Of a stretch of 64,000 nucleotides of DNA, positions 12,580 through 25,617 are shown piece by piece. Both the position numbers and the translations under genes were made by a program. The notes beneath the pieces are model-generated. The model was given only the letters and a program-made list of their open reading frames with translations, had not been told where the DNA came from and searched no databases. How positions within the stretch are numbered: position 1 is the stretch's first letter; each line of letters opens with the position of its first letter. This stretch comes from Priapulus caudatus (taxonomy: Eukaryota), in NCBI RefSeq assembly GCF_000485595.1, contig NW_014577082.1:367258-431257 (forward strand), read 5' to 3'.

Positions 12580-15500
12580 ATGACTGAACAGCCACAAACA
12601 ATACGTTCGGGCACGATTGCGAATCACATCAAAATGCTCGATGGATCTCGACCTGGTGTTATGGTCGGGATGAATTTCAGGACCCTGGTTCTGAGAACTG
12701 TTTCTTTACCATTGTCGTCATTGTTATTCTGCTTTCTATATTCAATGATATTTCAGTATAAGGATGTCGTAGACGTCGAGTCATGCAAAGGTGTAAGTAT
12801 GAGTTGCCTGATTGTAATTAAACAACGTGTACTTTAGTCTTACGTTATACCCACTTACGCTCATAGGGTCTATGTCCCCCTAGATACAGTAATGTAACCC
12901 AAACCCAAGAGGATAGGGTTACAAAGCCTCCCTATCCTTTTGTGCGGAGGAATGCCCGAGTGAATCACTCGGGCCGGTTTGCTGGTGCGTTTTCAGAGAC
13001 TAGAACTTCCAAACTGGGTTTATTCTCAACACGAACCTTTCTCCGCTATCTGGAAACTTACTATATATCGCAATACTCTGTATTAAACTAATATAACCTG
13101 TTACAAAAATTCGAAGTGACGAGCGGCGAATATACTGAGCGCCATTTCTGTTGACCTGTGACGTACNNNNNNNNNNCAAAGGTGTAAGTATGAGTTGCCT
13201 GATTGTAATTAAACAACGTGTACTTTAGTCTTACGTTATACCCACTTACGCTCATAGGGTCTATGTCCCCCAGGCCCCAGGATACTGCCGAGTGCCGGAA
13301 CGTACCCTGGTCAGTGGTATTGAGTGGTAACTATCTGATATGGTTAGGGAGTAGGCGTAGGCGACTCCCTAGTCTCGTTAGTAGAGTAGGCGAGGTACGG
13401 TCCGGCATATTAGATAGTACCAGGGACCGTACCCAGGGTACGTTCCGGCAGTACCTTGGGGGACATATACCCTCTCAGCCCCACTTACGCCTTACGTTTA
13501 GGTTCAGGTGAATACAGTAAACACCCGCATAAAAGAACCCGTGATTTTCTGTTTCAGGATGAAGAGGTTCTTATATATATGTAGATACAATAATAGTAAT
13601 GTAACCCAAACCCAGGAGGATAGGGTTACAAAGCGTCCGTATGGTTTTGTGCGAAGGAATGCCTGAGTGAATCACTCAGGGCGGTTTGCTGGTGCGTTTT
13701 CAGAGACTAGAACTTCCAAACTGGGTTTATTCTAAACACGAACCTTTCTCCGCTATCCGGGAACTTACTATGTATCGCAATACTCTGTATTAAAATAATA
13801 TAACCTGTTACAAAAATTCGAAGTGACGAGCGGCGGATATTTCGAGCGCCATTTCTGTTGACCTGTGACGTACGCATTTCCAATGCGCATAGCGATCGGC
13901 AAACGCAGCGCCCTCTGATTGGTCGATGAATCCGCTCTTCAAACCGAAGTACGTCACAGGTCAACAGAAATGGCGCTAAGTATATTCGCCGCTCGTCACT
14001 TCGAATTTTTGTAACAGGTTATATTAGTTTAATACAGAGTATTGCGATACATAGTAAGTTCCCGGATAGCGGAGAAAGGTTCGTGTTTAGAATAAACCCA
14101 GTTTGGAAGTTCTAGTCTCTGAAAACGCATCAGCAAACAGCCCTGAGTGATTCACTTAGGTGTTCCTCCGCACAAAACCATACGACGCTTTGTAACCCTA
14201 TCCTCCTGGGTTTGGGTTACATTATTGTATCTAATATATATGGTACATAGTGAGAAATCAGCCTGAAGAGGTTCTTAATTTTTTTTGGAGGGGGGGGGAT
14301 AATGTGTACATTATCTAGGTAAAATTGGCTTTAATTAGTGAATAATTGACACTAATTAATTAACCAACTACTTAATATTAGAAATTATATGTCTGTTTAA
14401 ATTCATTTGGGTTAATTTATTTTTCACCTTTAATTTACTTATCATATTAAACACAATGAAAGGTCAAATGCTGTGAAAATTGATGTGACTAATAGTAGAC
14501 AGTTTCCAATGGTGTAGCACACATACTTGGATTGCCTCAGTTTGCTCTAATTTTCGGTATTTTTTTATATAAGAACCTGTTTAATTTATCAGACTGAAGA
14601 GGTTCTTATATAATAGGTACTTTATTGGTCCAAATTCAGCCTGGAGGCTCTTAAAATCACGGGTTCTTTTATGCGAGTGTTTACTGTATTGCCTCTTTCT
14701 TGTTTGATGAAGCCATCTTCAAAGATTCCTTTAAGTTTAGCTTCTTTGTTTCTGTCATTCCGTATTGGAATTGTCTCCCTTCCTCTTTAGTTAATTGCAA
14801 ATTTGAGGCATTTTCTACTGTGATCCGCAGTGTTGATCTGTCAATTTGTTAAACCTTATCTCCTTCCGTCTTCGATATAGCCCTTTGGACTTTGAAGAGA
14901 AGGTTATTCTCATATCTACATATAAATTATAATATCATGTAATGCATTTCTGGTGAAGACCGACGTGTTCACGACTGTCCCTCACTGCCACCAAGTCTAG
15001 TATGCCACCTGAGGCAGAGTAAAGTCTAAACATTACAACTAATACTCTTCGTATGCATGATGGCTTATGTTTAGTTTAATTGTGCAGGCTAACTTGAGAC
15101 AGCTTTGTATACTAGAGAGACAGCTACTACAGATACGTAAACCTGTAGAGTCAAGAGTTACAATGGTAAAAACGTAACCCTGTCTCGATCTACAGGATTA
15201 CATATATTTCTATCTAATGTTACATAGTGTAATATATGTTACCATTTTATTTTCTAGAAAACCATGCAGCTAACAGAGCAGGATAATCAAATTATTTAGA
15301 AATATTCATACTATGATTTGCAATTGTGATTTAATTTCACCATGGTCTCATTGCGAAAATGGGCATCATTGCTTCATTGCCTCTAAAATCGTCCGTTGAT
15401 CGAGTAGTTGTCACTGGCTCATCTCTGACATGCATGTTGTGCTGCAACACCCTGTGGTGCACTAGAGTTTATCTGTATGGACTCGTGCCCATATAGCTCT

Positions 15501-17218
15501 AATGTAGAGGTGCAACCCTTCAGTATGCTGTTTAGTTCGTCTCGTTAGAAGGATGTCATACTCTGTTTCATTTGCACTTAGGTCCACAACTTCATTCCAT
15601 CCATTAGTGCTGTTACAAGCGCTAAGCCCGGTGCTTACACATGGAAGATCTCCATCGCTCTTCACGTTGGACCCAGGCTGATGATCTGCTCAGCATACTA
15701 TAACTTCTTTCTCCACCGTCTTAAGAATATACCACAGCACTGGAGGTAAGCAACCTGGGACGTGGGGTTACGGGGTGAGTAAACTCAAACATATGGAGTG
15801 GAGAATAGTTAGCGAAGCAGTGCAATGTAGAGAACCCATTCTGTTTGAATTTTCCGGATCTAAATTCAGTGTTCAACCTGACATTTGCAATCTATAAAGG
15901 ATTTAATATTTGTGAATGAAAGAATAAATTTACAAGTCTTTGGTGCAGGCTGCAGATGATGCATTAATTTAAATAGATTTAAATAGATTGCAGGGAACCA
16001 CTGCTTGTTCACATTTATAGATCAGTTGTAATCTGCTACTTGGATGCCTACGTGGATATACTTTTTTGCCTGCATATGGGAGTGTAAAATATTCTGTAGA
16101 CTGAACTGTTGGTTGAAGATTGTGTATTGTGTGGCTAACACTACTAATTCCACTAATACTGGTTATTGTATGTAATTTTTAAACCTGAAAAATCTTTCTG
16201 CATACTTTTCAGGGATAACTATTTGCTGGCTGTGTCTGTAACATACTGGTTAAATATTATAGAAAACTTGAGTCTAGTTGGCGTCACATACATCACGAAC
16301 TTGGACAATTATCGTAAGGCATTGTAAATGGTTTTTACAGTCATTTTCGTTGTGCATGTGTGCAAGTGATATGAATTGTCTTTGTGTTATCACCTATTGA
16401 CAATATTGATATTGCAACACTAATATACTAATTCAGAAATACTAACATTGACATTAAAATAATGAATACGTATGCATGCATATTTATCAGTTCATGTACA
16501 TATCGAGTCGTGCAGACCAGGGCGGGGGTTTTTGTAGTTCCCTGCTAATTTTATTTCAAAGTAGTTAAAATGTATTGCTCAGAAACTTGTGATTTTAATA
16601 TCGTTCGTAATCGTTGGGGTGGGGTCAGTCTGTTGGCTCGAAAGTATCTCACTTTTCTCTCTCTTGCAGCTGTACATGAGAAGCTGTTCATCACATTCAT
16701 GGGTACCTCCACTGCCTACATGGTCTTCACCGTACTTCTCCTCAAGTATTCCAACACTGTTGCGCCGTGGATGTCGACTGTAAGTGCTATCCCCAGAGCA
16801 CATCACTGTAGATGTGTTTCGAAGTTCTCTCACGTATTTCAGTACAATGCTGCCGTTAAACGTTCTGGTAAATATGATTCTGTGTGGAGTGTATGCGTAT
16901 GCGACTGTTTAAACATTGACATAGTGTTAGTGTTGCAGATTTATTGTGACATGATGTAATATCTCCTCCGTGCATTATTGATCATTGTCTAAAATATGCA
17001 AGTCAGGTTGTTTTTAGAATGGCGTGTGTTTTTTTTCACATGTTGTTTAATAGAATTTCGCATAGTAATTTTGAATGTTAATGTAAAATATTTTTTTTTT
17101 TAATTTCAGGACCTGTGGTCTTACAGAGTAAAGATCATCTGTCTTCTATTGATTCTGATCTTCAGTGCCGGAATGGGGATTTTCTTTTACTATCACCGAA
17201 TGTACTGCCAACCTAAAG
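12580..17218 (+). CDS. PGAP2: Post-GPI attachment to proteins factor 2-like (Frag1/DRAM/Sfk1 family); 3' exon not located
   Basis: Phase-consistent GT-AG exons 12580-12792, 15582-15745, 16213-16313, 16670-16779, 17110-17218. They give TVSLPLSSLLFCFLYSMIF, VHNFIPSISAV, WKISIALHVGPR, VTYITNLDNYPVHEKLFITFM and FFYYHRMYCQPK. Start ATG is uncertain (12580 or a downstream ATG). Confidence 0.85.
13250..13479. mobile_element. MULE-like MITE (same family as 2839-3466)
   Basis: GCTCATAGGGTCTATGTCCCCC...GGGGGACATATACCCTCTCAGC with 9-bp TSD CCCACTTAC. Confidence 0.85.
13515..14686. mobile_element. Tc1/mariner-type MITE (TA TSD) carrying a nested foldback element
   Basis: TA|CAGTAAACACCCGCATAAAAGAACCCGTGATTTT...AAAATCACGGGTTCTTTTATGCGAGTGTTTACTG|TA. 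Confidence 0.85.
13582..14233. mobile_element. MULE-like foldback element with about 290-bp arms
   Basis: TAGATACAA...TTGTATCTA, nearly fully palindromic, 9-bp TSD ATATATATG. A second copy of the left arm sits at 12881-13167. Confidence 0.85.
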
Positions 17219-17406
17219 GTACATATCTATGTGTGTGTGTGTGTGCGTGCGTGCCTGCATGCGTGCGTGCGTACATACGTATGAAGTTTAATGCACATAA
17301 CAGTATTGTACCTTACTGAACCCTACGTAAAAAAAAATTATCGGTTGCAACACATCATTCAGGGTCGCCAACCATCGATTTCCGCACTCCGCAGCGGCAA
17401 GGTTAT

Positions 17407-17829
17407 AGCTGCGTTCACACGTATACACGGCCTAGCTGGTACCGTACTTAGTTGGTGCTAAGTTCGGCTAAAATGCGTTCACACGAGATACACGAGATTC
17501 GAGGCTTAGCTAGCTAGGTATAATATAGACTGGTACCCGGTCGACAGTTCCACACGCTACACTAACGTCGTGCAGCGAACGGGTAGCAGTCTAGGTTAGC
17601 GCGCTACAGTTTCGCAATTCGAATGCGTTCACACGACAAAAAATACGCGGCCAGCGTGGTGGCGAATATACGCGGCTTAGTTGTCGCGGAATGTGATTCC
17701 GCGCTAAGCAAGCCGGAGCAATCGCGGCTAAGCAAGCCGCGGCTAAGCAAGCCGCGGCTAAGCAAGCCGCGTATATTTTAGCGTGTGAACGCTTAAATAC
17801 GGAACTAAAATCTACGTGTGAACGCAGCT
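17407..17829. mobile_element. PIF/Harbinger-like MITE nested in the hAT element
   Basis: TAT|AGCTGCGTTCACACG...CGTGTGAACGCAGCT|TAT (3-bp TSD). Recurrent GCGTTCACAC motifs and an internal 15-bp tandem GCGGCTAAGCAAGCC. Confidence 0.75.
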
Positions 17830-18175
17830 TATATTCCTCATTTCAGTTGCACTGTATAAAATTTGCACTGATTGTTCGCATTGTTTGCTTGGACACATTG
17901 TTTTTTTCAGCCAGTGCCTGGCACTAGCCACGCGCTAGTGCAGTAGAGATGCAGCAAGTTTATTAATAGCCGTCACTGCACGAGTCGTTTCTTGGAAATG
18001 CACGCTCTGCCATTACCTTAGTTTTGCACCCCCCCTACCATCGCTCAGTGTTATAATGTGTTTCTATGCATTTTGTATTTGGCATGTCTACGGTAAATGG
18101 AACAGCCTAGTCAGACAGGCGCTGTCTGCAAGGTGTCGCGTAGTTTGTCTGCTAATCAGATTAACACGTGGTGAG

Positions 18176-18620
18176 AATGGCGTCCAATTGCCATTGCCAT
18201 CCAAAAAAACTGACTTTTACAGAAATTCAGGAACGAATATACACAGATGTGGCCTGTACTTGTGAAGTCAAAACTCAGTGTTACTCATGGCTATTGCATG
18301 GTATGCAAGACAGACTTTCAAGTGGGGCACGGAGGAAGGAGTGACTGCCAGAGGCATATAGTCTCTCAACAGCATAAGTGCTATGCGGGTGCAGTGGAAT
18401 CTACACCCAATATATCAAGCTTCTTTGCAGCAGATAGAGAATTGTCTGTCTTGACGCAGAAGTGAGACTTACGGATTATTTAATTGAACACAATGTGCCT
18501 TTGAGGGCAGCAGACCATGCAAATGAACTCTTCAAGAAAATGTTTCCAGACTCACAAATAGTCAAAAAGTATGGTTGCAAACATACAAAAACACGTGAAA
18601 TTGTGAGAAATTGCAATTCT
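18176..18620 (+). pseudogene. Frameshifted N-terminal fragment of a hAT transposase (BED-like zinc finger)
   Basis: GYCMVCKTDFQVGHGGRSDCQRHIVSQQH (CxxC...H...H) followed after a frameshift by LIEHNVPLRAADHANELFKKMFPDSQIVKKYGCKHTKT. The catalytic domain is absent. Confidence 0.75.
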
Positions 18621-21600
18621 TACCTGTGTTTTAATACATGTATTATTACTATAGTAACCTAACTGTATACGCTCTCTGAAAAGTCATGAAAAGTGTTTTG
18701 AATCCTAACTTGTAGGGTTGTTTAGGGTTGAGATAGTGTCATCAGACATGAGAATATGGCCCACAGTATGCCTCAGATTGCAGGAAAATGGCTTAAATAT
18801 TTCAAAATACCCAGACCCCCCTAGCACTGCCATGCCTACGGCACGCGGGCCTGCCTGCGGCAGCCAAGGTTAATTTCGCCCCCCCCCCCGTCCATCAATT
18901 TTATTCTGCATTTGGAGTTCACATGGTTGGAGACCCTGGTGCTGGCGTGCGTGCTCATGCGTGCGTGTGTGTGAGAGAGAGAGAGAGGCTGTGCCGTGTG
19001 TGTGAGAGAGAGAGAGAGAAGAGCTGTGGCGTGTGTGTGAGAGAGAGAGAGAAGACGCTGTGCGTCGTGTGTGAAGATTGAGAGAGGAGAGAAGCCGAGA
19101 GAGGACGGATAGAAAGGATAGACGGCAGCAGTGCTATACCGTTATATTTTCGGCAATCAGCCAGTAACGGCAATCACCTGTGTGAGTGGAATGTCCGGAT
19201 GCGTAGCCTGGAGACTAGAGCGACCGGTTCCGGACGCTGGTAGCCACTGCGATTAATTACCTAAATTAGCCATATTAATCTTTATTCTTCAGGTGTTATA
19301 TTTTGGTGCTGCATACACTATGACACTATTTGATGTTCATACGTGTGTTTCTAATATGTGTTTTTATTTGGTTTCAGTTAGCTCACAGATACAAACAGTA
19401 TCAACGAAATAGAAGAACAGTTCACAAATCCTTTGTACACAGAGACGAACAAATCGCTTATTTTATTAATCAAATGTGAGTTGTGTCAGTAATCATTTGC
19501 TAAGAATGGATATTTAATGTATTAGAGACAGAGTACTCGTTCCATGTCGTATGGCTTTATGTCACTTGACCACTTATAACACCCCGGTGCTTTAATCATC
19601 ACTCATTCACCACGGTGTAATTTTATGCATCTTTTTCCTTAAACTCTTTTGCTTGGCTACAAGGTGTCACTTTACGGTATTGAATGTTCCAGAGATAATA
19701 ATATAGTACGTGAATAACGTTTTCGGCAAGTTTGCTTGCGCTTCGTTAGATACATAGTACGTACGTGAATCAATTCAGTGCAAGACGATGTGCTGTGCCT
19801 AGAAGCAGAATTAACAGTGTATAGTGTGTGTCCGTTACAGAGTTTATTAGAGTGCTTGAGTGTCTGGTCGGCGAATGTAAACTGTCAGTCTAATATGTAA
19901 TCATCAAGATTCACCAGTTTAAAATAGGCCTGTCAATCGAAATTCTCAGAGCTTTATCCAACTATTATTAATGTTTTACGATGCATGCCGGAAATTGCCA
20001 ATATGGCTTTTACTGTGAAACGTATTGAAATTTGTTCAGTAAACTACGCTATAAGGAAACAATTCTTTATGGAAAATTTTACGCATGCTCAGAAGACCGC
20101 AATTGGTTTGAAATTAGTCACACCGTAATACCTTCTAACCCTCTAGTTAGCAGAGATTGATACGCTATAGTACTGGATAAATTACAACGCAGCCAGATCC
20201 CTGCTGTGGCTGGAGATACCCTCCAAGGACTGTCCCCTACGATTCCAGGCAAAGATTCGATATCTCTGCGAGAGCCCAAGGTGAGGGCCTTGAATCCTTC
20301 AATAAATTATCTAAAAAAACACATATGCAACGTTATGTAACATGAAATGCATATGCGCAGCATAATTTTAAAATATAGTGTATATAAAACTGGTTATTAT
20401 GTATGTAAATCTCTCATGCTCTCTCTCTATATATATATATATATATTAGGTGGATGATACAGCGATATATAACTATAGTTAATGCACGATACAATATGTA
20501 TCGCAATACTTTTCAAGACAAACTACACTAGCAAACTATAGCACTAAACGGTGCTCTACCAAGATCGTGTAAAATGTTTACGTAAATACAGGAGCGTGGC
20601 GCACTTGGTGACAACTGCTATTGGACTGGCAATTTCCGCTTTCTTTCTTTGTTTTCTAACGATAAGCTATGCTTTGAATATGATATATGGGAATATTATT
20701 TAGTAGTCTGTCGCGATACGTGTTTTGATGAATAGTCAAACGTATTGTTCTTGTTAATAGTGTAACGTCGATATATTCAATAATCGTCCCACGGCCTATT
20801 AATATACACGCATGTGTAACGCTGCACACACACAGAACACAGTCACAACACCGATAGACTGACAAGAACATATTTTAAACTGCAGATGCATCCTACAGTT
20901 GTTTGTGGGAGATGCTGCAGTGAGCACTACTTGCAGAAGAGATTTGGTCAACTCCCATTTTCTCCACAACACCACATTAAACATATAAACTAGATAAAGT
21001 AGCTTGACCCTGTGGTCGCACGAGACACTGTCGACACACCCATTTCCTTGATGCCGCTCCATGCCTCTGAACAGCAAAACATGCACCATCCAACAGCCGC
21101 TCGCAACATATCTGCACACAGTGCCCATTCGCTCTGCATAAAGTAGCTAAAAAGGTTGAGTAAAACTTTAATCTTACATGGGTATCGTTACTGCTGAAGA
21201 CTTCGCCTAAGCGTGACAGCTGGTGATCTCCACAGGGCTTGGAACATCTGCTTGTTGTATGGAGGGCTAGGTGTTACCATAATCATCATTAATCCCACTC
21301 CCTCCCCCCACCGAACACCACTCAACTGTGAGTTACATCATTGCTGCTGAGTGGTATAGCCGTGACTGAGGAGAATGATTGATAGAAGTGTGTAGGAATA
21401 TTTCGATAAATAAATTACTAAATAGCTTTCATTCACAAATTAGAGTGTTGCACATTATTGGTACATTAGGGATTGTAGTGTAAAATTAATATTGGCCAAG
21501 AATATGCCAATAAAAGGCGTGCCAAGAATCATAAAGTGTAAGTTTCACACCGGTTTAAATGGTCCATATAATGTTAACAATTTCTGGCATTTATGCGATT

Positions 21601-22201
21601 GTGCCCAAGTTTATTTGTCAGTTTTCAAAAAGTTAACTGCAAGGACAATTTCTGAGCATCGTAATAGGTGTTTAGAAAATTCCCAGTTTTAACGCTGTCT
21701 AACGGCACCGTTTATCAATAAAGTCTAATAATGTTGAGGCGGTATGCGGCAATTGCTGAAAGCACTGATATGGTAAAGCAACTTCATATAAGGAGTACCA
21801 ATAATTATTGTAACCAAAAAGATTATGTTTAGCATTGGTCTGTTTCAGAATCGGTGTTTTGTAAATTATGTGATGAGTGCAAATCACGAGATTGTACATA
21901 ATACTGCTAGCTATATTGGCTAAATACTTGTATAGGGTTTAATGAGGAATAAACTCATAATAAGTTAAAAACATCTGATATTCTTTATTGTGTTCGTCTA
22001 AATGAACAGCATTAAGACATAGATAATTCTAAGACATTCATGTTTCTTTGGGCAGGCGAATAACCAATTAGTTGTTTTTTTCAGCATATTACCAAATTTG
22101 ACATCTACCAGGCCTTGATAGTTTGGACTAGGTGACTACTAGTTTTACATACCTCAAACAGTGGCAAGTGCATACTGCCGAACCTTTTACACACAAGAAG
22201 A

Positions 22202-22508
22202 AACGAGTGCCGCGGAGCGACAGCGACTCATACTAACACGTTGTAGCTGCGGTGACTCTGTAGTGAGTGGTGGGATTACTGGTAAACCCTGTAGTCCAAA
22301 TGTGTCTTCACATACACGCCGATAACAGTGGAAGGCAAACAGGGAATGGATCAGGAAGCGCTTTGCTCAAAGAATGTTCGTTGGATCGGCGTTATGAAAG
22401 TTGCCAAGAGAAAATGGCGGCGTACGTATTAAGGTCTTCAGATTAAGGTGGAGAGTTCCCATCATAGGGGGGGGGGTTTTTTTTTTTTTTTAGGGGCAGG
22501 GGGGGGGG

Positions 22509-22560
<52 letters not shown>

Positions 22561-23150
22561 GGGGGAGGGGGCGGGGGGGGTTTAGTAGCAAACACTATTT
22601 GCAAAAGCAAGAAATAGGTAAGCACTGCATCCATTTACCCTATGCATCCAGCCTAACAGGCTGAAATAGAGAGCTGCACTGTAACTTAATTAAACGCAGG
22701 CTACCAGTCCACCAGACCACATGCAGCTGGCAGTGCCACTGGGAGTGGCATACGTTACATGTAACAGCACTGACAGTACAGAATGCCATAGAAATTATAC
22801 GAATTTAAAGAGCAATAAACCTTCTAACAACCAAATTTAGCTTTTGAAATTTCACTGATTATGCGGGTCAAAAGATTAGCCGACGACACTTACTCTTCGG
22901 CATGTCAGCCGAAGCGTAGCATTTCAGATTAAGGAGGGGATGTTCGCCCCCTTCTGTTACACTCTTGACCTTTGACCTTTTTGACCCCCAGCCTTTGACA
23001 TCCCAACATCGTTTCGGATTACCCCCCCCCCCCCCCCCCACGTCCCGACTGTTCGAAATCCGTCACGTCGAGCACGTTTAGATTTGTCCTCAAGCTGTTG
23101 ACGGACGCTCGCACGCGGACGATCATGACCGTCATCAAACGCCATAACGC
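22202..23150 (+). mobile_element. Helentron-associated (HINE/DINE-1-like) element, partly error-rich
   Basis: Shares the 5' AAC(A/G)AGTGCCGCGGAGCGACAGCG end, the GACCTTT repeats and the GGAC/GACG microsatellite with copies at 41106, 44782 and 58153. Confidence 0.7.
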
Positions 23151-24458
23151 TCATAATAAAATGACATGAAATATATACAAATATTCTCATAAATATTCGG
23201 CTCAAGTGCAATTACTTGCAGCATTGAACTCGCAAAAAATTAAAGATCAAAGTTATTTGATGATAAATAAGAAACAAATAACTTTGATTAATAATGTAAT
23301 AAAGGTGTGCCTAACGAATATGAATTTCATAACATTCATAAAGCAACAATAATCGTACTTAACATTTTTGTGTCTACAGGGAAATATTGAATATAATTTT
23401 GATGACTATCATAATTTTCCGAGTCTTTAGACTCATCAGTAAGGCTAACGTGGCTAGAGAGAAATTACTTGAAAAAACTAAACAACCACAAGTGAAATTC
23501 TGGAAAGCTAAGGAAATAACACCAGGATGTGATTCCGCGCAGTTCTTGCAGTGGTTGGTTACTGAGCTGCTTGTTTTTCAGCCTGGCATAAGTAATCCTT
23601 GTACTGCTTGTCTGTGCCAAATAGCTTGTCGCAATACATCAAATCGTAGAACGAGTAGTTCGCCAAACAAGTTCTGGTGGATGAAAGTCGCTGAGCAGCG
23701 TGAACCTGGAAATATATCTGTATGAAGCTCTATCTATCTTGCTCTCCCGATCTCTGTTCTCTTTTCACCTCTCTCTCTCTCCCCCTCTCTTTCTTTCTCT
23801 CGCCTCGCCCTCTCTGCTCTGTCTCTTATCCCTTCCCCTTCTCTCTCTGTTTCTCTCCTATTCCGCGCTCCACATACAGGAAATTTTCACATGGCATAAC
23901 AAGTTCCGGGTTCTGTAGACGGGCTATCATTAATGCTTGTACAGACGACATTAGTGACGATGCTCTAACGGCTTGGTACTCCGGCATAACCCGGAATAAG
24001 GTGCATGTGGCAATTCAAGCCAAGGAATGTCAGTACCCGCGTGTGTACGTCAATGGTTTCAAGGCAGTCTCACAGCGACGCACACCCACCATGCATCAAC
24101 CATGTTGTTGGCAGAAGGTCCAATCCAATGAAGAACGCCCATTCCTAGAACTGCGCAATAGAACACACGGCGAAATGACGCATGCTGGCAACATGCACTT
24201 TTACGCATTAACCGTGTTCTGTGTCATGCGAGAAAGTTGCTTACACAAATAATTATGTCGGTCAAAGAAGACTGTTTCTTTGAACTCGTTTCATATGAGC
24301 CTACCTACAGTTTCTATAGGGTGAGCATATTTCCAGACCAGCAAGACCGAATGGTGCCTGGAATAAAAAATAATTCAGGGTAAGTAGTGTACAATAACTT
24401 GAATTTGTGACAGTAGACTTGCAAGCAGGTTGTTATTAGGCATATATAATTTGGTTCT

Positions 24459-25617
24459 AGGACAATACCCCCCGGACAATCACCGCCAGGCTGGACAATT
24501 ACCCCTGGACAAATTACGCGCCCCGGAACAATACCCCCCATAGCCAATTCACCCCTCCCGGGACCAATTATCGCCCCGAACAATTATACCCCCCCCTGAC
24601 ATTTACCCCCTGGGATAATTACACTTGGTGTTTTATTATTCATTGTTAAACAGTGATAGCAGGGTAGGAGGGAAGAAGGTGGTGAGGAGGGGGGAAGTAA
24701 GGTGTGGAGGGGGAGAAGGCAGAGGAGGAGGAAGAGGAGTATTTGCGTGGAGAGGAGGAGAGGAGGTGCGAGGGGAAGGAGGAGAGGAGGTAGAGGGGGA
24801 GACAGGTGTGGAGGAGGAAGAGGAGGGGGGGAGGAGAGGGGGGAGAAGGTGGGAAGGAGGAAGAGGAGGGTGGAGGAGGGGGAAAAGGTGGTGGAGGCAG
24901 CGGGAGAAGGTGGAGGAGGAGAAGAGGAGGGGGGTGGTGAGAGCGCGGGGAAGAATGTGGAGGAGGAGGAAGGGGAGGAAGGAGGAGGAGTAGAGAGGAG
25001 AGGGGGAGAAGGTGGGAGGTGGTGGTAGGGGAGAAGGTGGAGGAGAGGAGGAGGAGAGGAGAGACAAGAGAGGAGGAGGGAGGATAGAGGAGGCACCTCT
25101 ACTCCTCTCCATCTCCTCACTATCACATTCGCTCAGTCCCTCCTGCCTCTTCTTTCTGCCTCCCATCAACCACGCACCGAGCCCACCGACGCCGCCTGGC
25201 ACCTCCTCTAGCTATAACCTCTCCCTAAGTCTAGCCTCCTCCCTCCGCTCCCTCCATCATCCCCTCCTCCTCCTCCTCGTTTCTACTCATCGAGCTATTT
25301 CGTCCATCCTGCCTCTCCCTCCTATTCCTCCTTCCTAAGTCCTACTACCTTACTCGTCTCCGTCTTTTCCTCTAACTCCTCCTCATAAAATGTTGGGGGG
25401 GGGGTTAAATGTTCGGGGGTTTAAATGTCCCAGGGAGTAATTGTCGGCGGGGGGTAAAATGTCCGGGGGGTAATTGGCGCGGGGGTTAAATGTCGGCGGG
25501 GGTGATTGTCGCGGGGGGGTTAAAGTGTCGGCGGGGATAATTGTTCGGGGGGGGGCGGGTGAATGGCAATGGGGGGTAAATGTCGCGAGGGGTAATTGTC
25601 CGGGGTAATTTGTCCTG
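24459..25617. mobile_element. Inverted-repeat element with tandem GGACAATTACCCCC subterminal repeats and a purine/pyrimidine low-complexity core
   Basis: GGACAAT(T)ACCCCC repeats on the left mirror GGGGGTAATTGTC repeats on the right. The GGA-rich core explains the spurious Pro/Ser and Gly/Glu ORFs. Confidence 0.65.

Larger units (their letters stand above)
17360..18938 (+). mobile_element. Internally deleted hAT transposon (Blackjack-like termini)
   Basis: TIRs CAGGGTCGCCAACCAT / ATGGTTGGAGACCCTG enclosing a transposase relic. No TSD retained. Confidence 0.7.

Noticed and set aside
23582..24252. Possible two-exon Cys-rich gene (ISNPCTACLCQIAC, loosely like i-type lysozyme) plus the 176-aa ORF
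   Set aside because: Joining the apparent donor (23720) to the acceptor (23879) gives an early stop, and no further lysozyme motifs are present.
24584..25338. Pro/Ser-rich and Gly/Glu-rich ORFs
   Set aside because: Low-complexity GGA/CCT core of a repeat element, partly noisy sequence.
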